The notes: generated from the letters alone by a model not told the origin. A DNA stretch of 64,000 nucleotides from an uncultured Nitrospiraceae bacterium (GCA_963795615.1 CAWCIJ010000014.1:264275-328274), one strand, 5' to 3'; shown: positions 34,846 to 43,761, numbered from the stretch's first letter. Program-made: numbers and translations.

Positions 34846-35211
34846 ATGTGGATCATGAAACGCTGTTCGTCCTGTCAGTACGAGCTTCCCGAAATCAGCC
34901 GCTTCTGTACCCAGTGCGGGAAACCTTTGAACTCCTCATCCGATTCCCGTTCTCCCATGCAGGCTCTCGGACTCAAGAGCGAGGATCTTAACATCCATGT
35001 CCTCTATGCGATGGTGGGGGCCCTGATACTCGCCTTGGTGTTTCCGCCCTGGGAAACCCCGCCTTCGCGTACCCCGGAGTTTCTCGGTCTCCACTTCATC
35101 CTCCAACCGCCGCAACCTGATGCGATGATCAGTCGTCTACTGCTGACGATTGAGTTGACCACGATTGCCATCGCGGGACTCTATCTGTCGTTTTTGTTCC
35201 GCAAACGGTAG
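34846..35211 (+). CDS. zinc-ribbon domain membrane protein
   Basis: CSSCQYELPEISRFCTQCG (CxxC...CxxC) followed by two hydrophobic helices. Confidence 0.55.
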   Translation: MWIMKRCSSCQYELPEISRFCTQCGKPLNSSSDSRSPMQALGLKSEDLNIHVLYAMVGALILALVFPPWETPPSRTPEFLGLHFILQPPQPDAMISRLLLTIELTTIAIAGLYLSFLFRKR

Positions 35212-35227
35212 GAAGCTATTCCCCTGA

Positions 35228-35300
35228 ATCTGTCGATTTATCGATCTGATGACGTTCTGCGCAATTGGCAGATCAACAGATCATCAGATCAACAATTCGC
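35228..35300. repeat. family-C-like AT-rich palindromic repeat
   Basis: ATCTGTCGATTTATCGATCTGATGA ... GATCAACAGATCATCAGATCAACAAT, between two convergent genes. Confidence 0.6.
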
Positions 35301-35313
35301 AGACAGCAGGGAC

Positions 35314-36114
35314 TCAGTCAAGGGCAAGCGTCAGGCACTTGGCAGAGCCGCCCGATTTCATAAATTCATCGAGCGGCAGGGGATGGGATAGATAACCTCG
35401 AGATTCGAGCAGACGCATGGTCTCGGCACAGGCGGACGGCAGAACGACATGTTTCCCCAGACAGACTGCGTTGCACGCAAACATCAACGCTTCAACCTCC
35501 GGGACGACAAGGCGCCGCTCCGGCGCGATCCGTTCAGCAATCACCCGTTGCCCGTACTGATCGAACGCAGAGGGAAAGTACAACAACTCTCCACCGCTCA
35601 ACGGGCAGAAGCACGTATCGAGGTGATAAAACCGAGGATCGACTAACTCCAGCGGGATGATCTCGCGCTGAAACCATTCACTGATTCGCGGAAAGACGCG
35701 GATATCCGTCCGTTGCCGATAGCCGCCGAACCATGCTTCGGGAAAACCCAACAAATCGCCGGCTCCTTCAAAATGCAAGGAACGATCGAGTGGCAGGATG
35801 TCGTACCCATGGTCGTTGAACCAGCGTTCGAAGTAGGCTTCCTCGCGTTGGCGCTCGGGATATCGGAAGCGGCTCACGACCGCTCGGTTGCCCACGATGG
35901 CCCCGGCGTTCGCGGTGAATACCAGGTCAGGTAAGCCTGGCACCGGCTGCATTCGTTCGAGTCCCACCCCTATCTCCGCTTCCAGCACCTGCATCAAAGA
36001 CTGCCATTGCCGCATCGCAATGGTTTTCGAGACCCCGTTGGATCGGTGCATCCATGGATTGATTTCATAATCGATGCCGAAGTAATCGGGCGGGCACACC
36101 AACAGACGGCTCAT
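35314..36114 (-). CDS. guanidino-group-modifying enzyme (amidinotransferase fold), arginine dihydrolase-like
   Basis: LLVCPPDYFGIDYEINPWM, DLVFTANAG, FEGAGD, RFYHLDTCFCPL and GGSAKCLTL (catalytic Cys). ATG 36114 overlaps the upstream gene's stop (ATGA). Confidence 0.75.
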   Translation of the reverse strand: MSRLLVCPPDYFGIDYEINPWMHRSNGVSKTIAMRQWQSLMQVLEAEIGVGLERMQPVPGLPDLVFTANAGAIVGNRAVVSRFRYPERQREEAYFERWFNDHGYDILPLDRSLHFEGAGDLLGFPEAWFGGYRQRTDIRVFPRISEWFQREIIPLELVDPRFYHLDTCFCPLSGGELLYFPSAFDQYGQRVIAERIAPERRLVVPEVEALMFACNAVCLGKHVVLPSACAETMRLLESRGYLSHPLPLDEFMKSGGSAKCLTLALD

Positions 36115-37355
36115 CGAGACCACCCCAACTCGCGCGCGAGTTCCTTCAGAAACGACGCCGCGTCCATGACCAGACCGACGGCTTGGAAACTCCCTCGATC
36201 CGCCAGTTTCGTCGGCACAGCCGGATTGACGTCGACACAAACGGTCGGCACCGTCGCGGGAAGAAGATTGCCGGTCGCCACCGCGTGCAGCGTCGAGGCA
36301 ACCAGCAGGGCAAGCCCCACTTCGGGGATTGCCGCCCGCATGGCGCGCTGCGCCGCGACTGAATCCGTGATGACACCGGGAAGCGGACCATCGTCACGTA
36401 TTGTTCCGGCCATCACGACATGGACTCCTCTCTCCACGCATGCGGCCATAATGCCGGACTTGATCATGCCCGTTTCGACCGCTTGTTGAATTCCACCGAT
36501 TGCGCGGATGCGATTGATCGTCCGAAGATGATGCTCGTGGCCATGCGGAACGGTCCGTCCAGCGGTCAGGCCATAGCCCAATGACGTGCCGTAGAGCGCT
36601 GCTTCCAGGTCATGCGCAGCGAGTGCATTGCCGCAGAACAACACATGGATAAAGCCGGAATCGATCAACCAGGTCAGGGCTTCACGACCACCGGCATGGA
36701 TGATTGCCGGCCCCCCCGCAAGCAACACCTTGGTCCCAGTCCGATTGTGTTGCCCCGCCTCACGCATCGCGACCATTCGTCTCGCCACATCTGCAATGAC
36801 CGGATGATGCGGACGTTCGGCTGAGACGAGCGATTCCATGAAGCCGAACACATCTCGCTCTCGCGGCCGTTCCAATGGAATGACACGAATGCCTTCTCGG
36901 CCGGTCACGATCAGTTCCCCTTTCCTCACCTCGCCCATCGGTACGGCCCGCGCACTGTTCCTGATTGGATCCATGGAAATAGCGACATCCATCTCAATCC
37001 CCGCGACATCGATCCATTCGGACTCGACACGAATCTGTGTGGCCAGATGGGTGGTGGAATAGAACCCGTCAGGCAGCACGCCATCACAGGGCGCAGGCTG
37101 ATATTCGCAATCGGATTCCCGTTCGACCGATGCTCCATGAGGTTGAATGGCTTGGATAATCTCCGCGAGAAGGGGGACAGAAGGCGCCCGGACGAGGATT
37201 CGCGCGCGCGAGGGCTCATCCCGAGTGGCGCCGATTTGCATTTCCTTGAGATCGAAGGTCCCGCCCATCATCAGAATGGTATCCAACACCTTGGCCAGGA
37301 TCAGCGAATCAATGATGTGGCCTTGTAAAACGACGGTTTCCTGAGCGGAAGACAT
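36111..37355 (-). CDS. LOR/SDH-like (TIGR00300-type) protein, ornithine cyclodeaminase-like candidate
   Basis: 414 aa; the N-terminal VLQGHIIDSLILAKVLDTILMMGGTF and overall pattern match what I recall of the LOR/SDH conserved-region family found as the C-terminal part of cyanobacterial ArgZ/AgrE. Confidence 0.7.
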   Translation of the reverse strand: MSSAQETVVLQGHIIDSLILAKVLDTILMMGGTFDLKEMQIGATRDEPSRARILVRAPSVPLLAEIIQAIQPHGASVERESDCEYQPAPCDGVLPDGFYSTTHLATQIRVESEWIDVAGIEMDVAISMDPIRNSARAVPMGEVRKGELIVTGREGIRVIPLERPRERDVFGFMESLVSAERPHHPVIADVARRMVAMREAGQHNRTGTKVLLAGGPAIIHAGGREALTWLIDSGFIHVLFCGNALAAHDLEAALYGTSLGYGLTAGRTVPHGHEHHLRTINRIRAIGGIQQAVETGMIKSGIMAACVERGVHVVMAGTIRDDGPLPGVITDSVAAQRAMRAAIPEVGLALLVASTLHAVATGNLLPATVPTVCVDVNPAVPTKLADRGSFQAVGLVMDAASFLKELARELGWSR

Positions 37356-37504
37356 GTGGCGTTTAACTCGGACGTATCGCCTTAGCCGCTAAACACTCGC
37401 GAACGATGTCGCTTGGATTCTCTCGTCCCGTATACCCAGCCGGTCCTTATTATTGTACCACCGTGGATGTTCCCAAAAATTCCTTTAACTAGTCCAACGA
37501 CCTG

Positions 37505-37560
37505 CCCCCTCACCGTCTCCTCTCCCCCTTGCTGAGGGAGAGGGCAAGGGAGAGGGGGAG
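37505..37560. repeat. pyrimidine-arm/purine-arm imperfect palindrome directly after the truD stop
   Basis: CCCTCACCGTCTCCTCTCCCCCTTGC-TGA-GGGAGAGGGCAAGGGAGAGGGGGAG. It ends at 37560, and the truD stop (CTA on the plus strand) is at 37561-37563. Confidence 0.7.
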
Positions 37561-38613
37561 CTATTCGGGGGTCTTCATGAGTTCACGCAAGACACTCGTC
37601 GCGTAGGCGCCGGGAGGCAGGGAAAAGGACAGGGAGAGGGTACCCTGGTCGAGAGACCAAGCCAAATCGTTCAATTTGATACGGAATGCCCGCCGTTCTC
37701 CGCGAAATCCGCATTCTGCCCCGGCCTCGCTCAAGCTCTCCGGTGTCGCCCCGCAGTTCGAAACGACGGCGCGTTCGATTGCACCAGGCTCCCCGAAGGC
37801 CCATGGGGCACGTGATCCGAACAGGATTCCGGTCGGGCTGATCTCGAATCGGTCGGCACGAGGTTGCTCGATGGCAGGGTCGGTCACCTGGAAACAGGCC
37901 CCGTTCTCGTGCTTGATCGCCCAGTCGCCCAGCAACACAGAGTCAATCCGGTCAATGCGGCTGCCGAGGAGTCGGTTGAAAATGTATGACTGATAGGCAT
38001 GCAGATACCAGATGCGCTGTGACTTCCCCATTCTGTTTCGCCGCTCCGGGTCGGTCAACAATTGGGCGCCCGTCTGGTAGTTCAGGCCGCGTCGCCCCTG
38101 ACGCTGCGGGCCGAAGTAGTTCGGTACCCCGCGGCACTGCAGCTCCCTCAACGCCTCAGGAACAGTGGTTGCCGCATCGGAAGAGACATCGCGCACTTTC
38201 ACATGAAACGTGTTGCCTGCATGATGACCTTTCCGCAGCCGGTTCCTGTGTCGCCCGAGGATGGCCATCGACAGCAGCTGTTCGTCGATACGTATGCGCG
38301 ACAATTTGTCCTCCGGGATCCCATGAAGAGACACCATTTGGGTCGTGACCGCCTGCGCATCCTTCAAGCCGGCCACACCGATACTTTTCATCTTCACACC
38401 AAGCACTGACGACAAACGCAACACCAGGTCCGGTGTAGACAAGCCGCGTTTGGTGATCCGCACGTACAGGTGCTCTCCGTCCCCGCAGGGAAGGTATAGG
38501 GGCCGCTCTTCCACCCGGAAATCTTCCGGGCTGACCTTGATGCGTCCGCCAATGCCGGTCACGCCGGAGGTGAGAAACGGGTGCCCTTCTGCCGCGACCA
38601 TTTGCGAATTCAT
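37561..38613 (-). CDS. truD: tRNA pseudouridine(13) synthase TruD
   Basis: GIGGRIKVSPEDFRVEE, AGLKDAQAVTTQ and NYFGPQRQG motifs. The start is set at ATG 38613. Confidence 0.85.
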   Translation of the reverse strand: MNSQMVAAEGHPFLTSGVTGIGGRIKVSPEDFRVEERPLYLPCGDGEHLYVRITKRGLSTPDLVLRLSSVLGVKMKSIGVAGLKDAQAVTTQMVSLHGIPEDKLSRIRIDEQLLSMAILGRHRNRLRKGHHAGNTFHVKVRDVSSDAATTVPEALRELQCRGVPNYFGPQRQGRRGLNYQTGAQLLTDPERRNRMGKSQRIWYLHAYQSYIFNRLLGSRIDRIDSVLLGDWAIKHENGACFQVTDPAIEQPRADRFEISPTGILFGSRAPWAFGEPGAIERAVVSNCGATPESLSEAGAECGFRGERRAFRIKLNDLAWSLDQGTLSLSFSLPPGAYATSVLRELMKTPE

Positions 38614-38735
38614 ACGGTTATGTTCATTGCCCAGGGAGCAGATTGTTTCACAAGAAACGTGGTTGCCACCAGTGCCCATGGTATACTGTGACCAGTCGTC
38701 AAGGGTCCCATCCTATCCAATCAGATCAGCGCACC

Positions 38736-39386
38736 ATGGTTCGCACACATTACGGTACGTTGAGGCTGGGCCTATTGGCGGTCGCATTGGCGTCTGCGAC
38801 CGCCGCGTCACGATCCTTGGCAAGTCCTCACGATTTTTTCGATGTCTTTGCTCAATTTACACAACACATCCGGCGCCAGACGGACTCCGATAAGGAGGCC
38901 TTCTCGAAAGCCAGCCAGTGCATGAATTGGTTCTATCGCCGCCAACGACAGAAGCCGGCCCCTCCGCCCGTCCAAGGGATCGCATGGAACAACCCTGGTC
39001 GGGATCGCCGCAGCCTGACGCAATCATCATCCGAATGTGACACCAAGTATCCCGGAGGAGTGGACGCGGTACGCAAGGACTTTCAACAGACGCAGAGTTC
39101 CTTGTCGGTCAGTTTGACATTCTATGAGTTTGCGCTCGTCGGGGACAAGGACGACAACAATACATACAGCACGAACGAGCTGCAGGACATTCTGCATGCA
39201 CTTGAGCTGCCGGCCGACACGGCACAGGGCACGGCGACCCATCTCAAATCCCTCACCGGCACCTTCGATTCGATCCACACGACGAGAGGTATGGAAGCAT
39301 TGATGAAGAGTATGGGAACCCTGTATGAGCAAGGCTACCGTTTTACATCCAGCGACAAGGCCAACCTGGACCGGATCATGAAATGA
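38736..39386 (+). CDS. secreted protein with a canonical EF-hand loop
   Basis: ATG 38736 gives a signal peptide (LRLGLLAVALASATAAS). DKDDNNTYSTNE fits the 12-residue EF-hand loop D-x-D-x-N-x-x-x-x-x-x-E. Confidence 0.5.
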   Translation: MVRTHYGTLRLGLLAVALASATAASRSLASPHDFFDVFAQFTQHIRRQTDSDKEAFSKASQCMNWFYRRQRQKPAPPPVQGIAWNNPGRDRRSLTQSSSECDTKYPGGVDAVRKDFQQTQSSLSVSLTFYEFALVGDKDDNNTYSTNELQDILHALELPADTAQGTATHLKSLTGTFDSIHTTRGMEALMKSMGTLYEQGYRFTSSDKANLDRIMK

Positions 39387-40216
39387 TCGCCCGGATTGTC
39401 CGTTGGCAAGAATGGGCGCGGATATGGATCGGGCACTGGCTGAGCCGTCCTTTTCACTTCCTGTTTAATCTCATCCCACATTTCCATTTCGGCCTCTCCC
39501 AACTGAGGGTGTCTCATTTAACCTGCTCTCATCCAGCCATGGCCGGACGACGGGCCGTGCAATTGAGCGACCTCCATCTGGATCGCTATCTCCCGCGCCA
39601 TGATGAGGTCGTGCGGACCGTGGAAGCGACGCGCCCAGACTGGATCTTCATCACGGGAGACCTATTGAATGTCCGGAGCGGACTCCCCCATCTCGCCCGT
39701 TTCCTGTCGCAATTGCGACGAGTGGCTCCCGTGTTTGTGATTCTCGGCAACCACGATCACTATAGCGGTGTCGGCATCGATGAGTTCGCTGAACTGTTCG
39801 ATCGGCACAAGATCAGTTTGCTCATCAATCAGACGACCTGTATCCCGCTGTCATCCGGAGAGCTGGCTCTCGTCGGGACCGATGATCCTTCCTTACACCG
39901 CGCCGATCTCCGCTGCATTCCTCCACGTCTGCCCAATCGGTTTACGTTACTGCTCGCGCATGCTCCCAGTATCCTCGATCAATTGAATGACCAACACCAC
40001 GTCGATCTCATCCTCTGCGGACATAGCCATGCCGGCCAATGGCGCATCCCGTTTGTTCCAACATTTTGGCTGCCTCCCGGCTGCAATGGGAGGCTCCACG
40101 GCTTGTACGAGTTGAATGGCCACCGTTTGTATGTCAATCGCGGATTGGGCTGGTCAGCGCTTCCCGTCCGATGGAATTGTCCGCCCGAACTGCTTCTCAT
40201 CGAATGGACCGCCTGA
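39383..40216 (+). CDS. metallophosphoesterase (YaeI-like)
   Basis: LSDLHLD, ITGDLL, LGNHDH and CGHSHAGQ motifs. The start overlaps the preceding stop (ATGA). Confidence 0.8.
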   Translation: MIARIVRWQEWARIWIGHWLSRPFHFLFNLIPHFHFGLSQLRVSHLTCSHPAMAGRRAVQLSDLHLDRYLPRHDEVVRTVEATRPDWIFITGDLLNVRSGLPHLARFLSQLRRVAPVFVILGNHDHYSGVGIDEFAELFDRHKISLLINQTTCIPLSSGELALVGTDDPSLHRADLRCIPPRLPNRFTLLLAHAPSILDQLNDQHHVDLILCGHSHAGQWRIPFVPTFWLPPGCNGRLHGLYELNGHRLYVNRGLGWSALPVRWNCPPELLLIEWTA

Positions 40217-40291
40217 CGGTTCGTCATCACGAAATCATGAAACGTATCTCGTCGCTCGTGAAACGGAACTCAGTTTCAACTATAGGAGACT

Positions 40292-40437
40292 GCCGCCTCA
40301 CGTCTCGGCGGCGTCCACAAACCGAAGACACTGGGCGCTCACAAGACACTGCCGGCTCACCGACTCGCCGGCGCGCACAGACGTGGTGCTCTTTCTTCAT
40401 CGCACCGTGCGCCTCATTATTCTTCGCGTCGTGGACC
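40292..40437 (+). repeat. family-B hairpin-module array abutting MITE-like copy 2
   Basis: CCGCC-TCACGTCTC-GGCGG, AAGACACTGGGCGCTCAC, GCCGGC-TCACCGACTC-GCCGGC and the terminal CTCATTATTCTTCGCGTCGTGGACC. Confidence 0.8.
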
Positions 40438-40651
40438 TAGCCCGCATTATTCATGAAGGCTTCTACTCCAACCGCAGATACGCCGCTACGACAAGCCTGG
40501 CCACCGGTTCCACGCGGCCAGGCGGGCGGACTCGCCGCTCGGTCGGTCAACATCCTGTTCAAGGATGCCTCCCTTCCTCCCGGCTCCGTACGCCAGTCTC
40601 GTATGGCGTCTCCGCCGTTTCGTGACGAACCCTCATGAATAATGCGGGCTA
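40438..40651 (+). mobile_element. MITE-like element, copy 2 (shortest, 214 bp)
   Basis: The TIRs TAGCCCGCATTATTCATGA (40438-40456) and TCATGAATAATGCGGGCTA (40633-40651) are perfect. The last CTA forms the TAG stop of the HEAT-repeat gene. Confidence 0.8.
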
Positions 40652-41293
40652 GGGAATGCGTTCCATCGCTTCGCGTGCCCGGCTCCTGACAGTCTGATCC
40701 CAATCTTCCACGCTCACGACTTTGAGCCTCTCCTTCGCTTCCGATGCACGCAAACGACCTAACCCCAATGCGGCGCAGGCCCGCACGTAGGCATGGTCGT
40801 CTTCCAGTGCCTTCAGCAGCAATTGCACCGCCTCCTTATCGCCGACCACTCCCAGATGGCTCGCCGACATGCCTCGAATCTGGTGCTGCTTGTCCCCGAG
40901 CGAGCGCGTGAGGGTGGTCGCAAACAAGTCCCGCAGCGCGGGCTCGATATCCTCCAGGCCCTCACGATGATAGTGATTCACTTCGATGAGTGCGAACGCA
41001 AGGTCGAGACGCTTCTCAACGGTGGAGGCCTGGGTAAACGAGCGCACGAGACGCATGCGTTCTTGTCGGCGCATGCGGCGCGTTCGGATGGACCGGATCA
41101 CAAGCCATCCGCCGGTCGCGATCATCCCCACAAGCAATGCCAAGGGGATCGCCTGGTCAATGAGGTAGTCCTGCGTCGCCAACGGCAAACGTTTCCAAAC
41201 CCACACGCCGGTGACGATAACCGCCACCAGGAGTAGTGCCGCCGTGAGATTGACCTGGCCGTCCTGCGGCGCGTCGATGTATCGCTTCATCAA
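40649..41293 (-). CDS. membrane-anchored HEAT-repeat protein
   Basis: Two N-terminal TM helices, then HEAT/PBS-lyase-like repeats (...AVQLLLKALEDDHAYVRACAALGLGRL...DWDQTVRSRAREAM). Confidence 0.65.
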   Translation of the reverse strand: MMKRYIDAPQDGQVNLTAALLLVAVIVTGVWVWKRLPLATQDYLIDQAIPLALLVGMIATGGWLVIRSIRTRRMRRQERMRLVRSFTQASTVEKRLDLAFALIEVNHYHREGLEDIEPALRDLFATTLTRSLGDKQHQIRGMSASHLGVVGDKEAVQLLLKALEDDHAYVRACAALGLGRLRASEAKERLKVVSVEDWDQTVRSRAREAMERIP

Positions 41294-41540
41294 TAACAGG
41301 AGGTTGAAAAAGGCATGATCTCACCCGCCCACCCCGAGCGCGCCGAGACGCGCTCCGTCCCGAACTCACCCACCCGACCCCGGTGCGCCGAGACGCACCT
41401 TTCCCGGCTTTGTCTCATAAGACACTGCCCGCTCAGGGGGCATAGCCGCCATTATTCTTCGCGCCGTGGACTTCCGTCAACGGACGTGACTCGGTGGCCT
41501 TGACAGGTCGCGGGGCCGGTGACTAGGCTGCTCCATCCCT

Positions 41541-41996
41541 GTGGAACTTCCCGCGCTCAAAGATGATCCCATCCTGAAGGTGCTTCGCCCTCTAGTCGAG
41601 GCCTATCTCGCGTTCTGGCGCACGGATAGTCGCCACGTCCGTTCGTTGAAACTGACGCCATCGCAATTCGACGTGATCGCCACGTTGGGAGACACCGACG
41701 GAATGACATGTACGGAGCTTTCCGCAGCCACTCTTGTCACCAAGGGCACCCTCACGGGCGTGCTCGATCGCCTGGAGGCAAAGGGATTGATCCGCCGCGA
41801 GTCGGTGGTCGATGATCGCCGCAGTATCAAGATCAATTTGACCGACAAAGGAGATCAGCTCTACCGAAAAACCTTCGCGGCGCATGTGGCGTTCATTCGT
41901 CCGTTCTTCGAGCAGGCGTTGACGCGGAAAGATGCGGAGCAGCTCCGCACCTTGTTGCTGCGGATTCGTCGGAGTTTTGAGCAATCCCCGGCATGA
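41541..41996 (+). CDS. MarR-family transcriptional regulator
   Basis: LTPSQFDVIATLGDTDGMTCTELSAATLVTKGTLTGVLDRLEAKGLIRRE..DRRS is a winged-HTH MarR pattern. Confidence 0.85.
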   Translation: MELPALKDDPILKVLRPLVEAYLAFWRTDSRHVRSLKLTPSQFDVIATLGDTDGMTCTELSAATLVTKGTLTGVLDRLEAKGLIRRESVVDDRRSIKINLTDKGDQLYRKTFAAHVAFIRPFFEQALTRKDAEQLRTLLLRIRRSFEQSPA

Positions 41997-42754
41997 TGAC
42001 CCTCACGATCCTAGGCTCCGGCACCAACATGCATCCCACCCGTGCTGCGGCCGGATATCTTGTGCAGACCGATCAGATTTTCTTGCTGGATTTCGGACCC
42101 CGCACACTGGTCAATCTCATGAAGACCGGGGTCGCTCGACATCGGATCACTCACATTCTCTTTTCCCACTTTCATGCAGATCATTTTTCGGATTTCATTA
42201 CCTTTTTCTTCGATGCCGTCATCCACTGCAAACACGAGGGAGGAACCAGACCGGCGCTGACACTCGTGGGCCCTCGCGGCACCACCCGTCTCCTTCGCAC
42301 CATCATGAAGACCCTTCCTGGTTTCCACTCTCCGCCGTTTCAGGTTCGCATCAAGGAAGTGGCGGACCGAAGCTTCATGCTCGGTCAAACGCGCATCACC
42401 CCGCGCACGATGCGTCACGTTCCACAGTTGCATTGTCTCGGTTACCGTATTGAATACAAGGGCCGGGCAGTGGCCTATTCGGGCGACACGCAGGTCTGTC
42501 GAAATCTGGTACGCCTCTGCGCGGAGGCGGATGTGGCAGTGCTCGATTGTTCATTTCCGGCGAACAAGCCCGGCCCGGTGCATCTGCATGCCGGTCAGTG
42601 CGGACAAGTCGCCCGGGAAGCCGGGGTAGACCGATTGGTGCTGTCCCACTTTTACCCGATTGCGGAACGCTATGACGTGTGTGAACAGGCGGGAGAGTAC
42701 TTCTCGGGGAAGATCAGAATGGCGCGGGATCTGCTGACATTCAAACTCGGATAG
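41993..42754 (+). CDS. MBL-fold metallo-hydrolase (RNase Z-like)
   Basis: ILFSHFHADHFSD (HxHxDH) and ...LVLSHF.... The start overlaps the marR stop (ATGA). Confidence 0.8.
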   Translation: MMTLTILGSGTNMHPTRAAAGYLVQTDQIFLLDFGPRTLVNLMKTGVARHRITHILFSHFHADHFSDFITFFFDAVIHCKHEGGTRPALTLVGPRGTTRLLRTIMKTLPGFHSPPFQVRIKEVADRSFMLGQTRITPRTMRHVPQLHCLGYRIEYKGRAVAYSGDTQVCRNLVRLCAEADVAVLDCSFPANKPGPVHLHAGQCGQVAREAGVDRLVLSHFYPIAERYDVCEQAGEYFSGKIRMARDLLTFKLG

Positions 42755-42837
42755 AAAGATTCTGCAGGATATTCAAAATGGCCGTCACCTGCATTCGTGG
42801 TTCGTATCGCGGCGCTCGCAAGGAACACCGAAAGAAC

Positions 42838-42902
42838 CGCCGCCTCACCGTCTCGGCGGCGTCCACAAACGTGACGCTCATTATTCTTCGCGTCGTGGAC
42901 CT
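42838..42902 (+). repeat. short family-B copy
   Basis: CCGCC-TCACCGTCTC-GGCGG, GTCCACAAACGTGACGCTCATTATTCTTCGCGTCGTGGACCT. Its end overlaps the TAG stop (42901-42903) of the next gene. Confidence 0.8.
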
Positions 42903-43761
42903 ACAGGCCTCCTTCCCGTTGCTCGCACCCCAAAATCTCGGTGAACCGTGCCAGGCGGAGCTTCTTGAGCGGCTCGTCCAGCTTGCTGTAGATAGCCAAC
43001 AAGTTTTTTATCATTCGGGTCAAAATGGCGCGCGTGGGGCTGCTTTGTAAAAATCGATCTTCGAATCCATAGCCGGCCTCGGTGAGAAAGCGCGCGCAAT
43101 TCTTTTCCGTCAACAGGGCGCCGCCATTGAAACAATCGATGAAGATCTTGTACTTCTCGGCCTCGTATTTGACCAAAAAATGGCCCGGCATGCCGATTCC
43201 ATGCACAGGCAGTCCGAGACGTTTCCCTATCAACAGGTACACGACGGACAGACTGATTGGAATGCCGGTTCGGCGATCGATGACCCGATTCAGGTAGCTG
43301 TTTTCCAGTTCATAATAGTTCTTGGTATTTCCTTTGAATCCCTGCTCGGTAAACAAATACCGATTCAATGCTTTGACCGTTTCTTCCCCGGATACCCGGG
43401 AACCGATCTGACCTCGCAGTTCCCGACCCATCTCATCGAGCTGTTGCGAGTACCGTCCCGCATCCAGCGAAGGATAGGCATACCGCGCCAACAGAAAGGC
43501 GCCGCTTTCGAGGTCGAGCCCTTCATCCGGACGTGTAACGAGGTCACGCAGTTCATCTTCGAGACGGCTGCCGCGGATTTCCTCGAGAATCGTTGCAATC
43601 CGGTTGGCCATGTCCGGCTGCTCCATCTCGGCTTCCTGCAGCAGAGGCACGGCCGAGTCACCATAATCGATCAGGCGTCCGCTGATCGTCCTCACGATCC
43701 GGTCGTCTTCGTCGCCCAATAACCGGATCAGTGCGCGAATCTGAGACTCGTTGGTGAGCAT
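42901..43761 (-). CDS. transglutaminase-like/TPR protein of the SirB1 (UPF0162) type
   Basis: N-terminal HEAT-like segment, ...IPISLSVVYLLIGKRLGLPVHGIGMPGHFLVKY... (transglutaminase-like core) and a TPR-like tail. The start is set at ATG 43761. Confidence 0.7.
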   Translation of the reverse strand: MLTNESQIRALIRLLGDEDDRIVRTISGRLIDYGDSAVPLLQEAEMEQPDMANRIATILEEIRGSRLEDELRDLVTRPDEGLDLESGAFLLARYAYPSLDAGRYSQQLDEMGRELRGQIGSRVSGEETVKALNRYLFTEQGFKGNTKNYYELENSYLNRVIDRRTGIPISLSVVYLLIGKRLGLPVHGIGMPGHFLVKYEAEKYKIFIDCFNGGALLTEKNCARFLTEAGYGFEDRFLQSSPTRAILTRMIKNLLAIYSKLDEPLKKLRLARFTEILGCEQREGGL

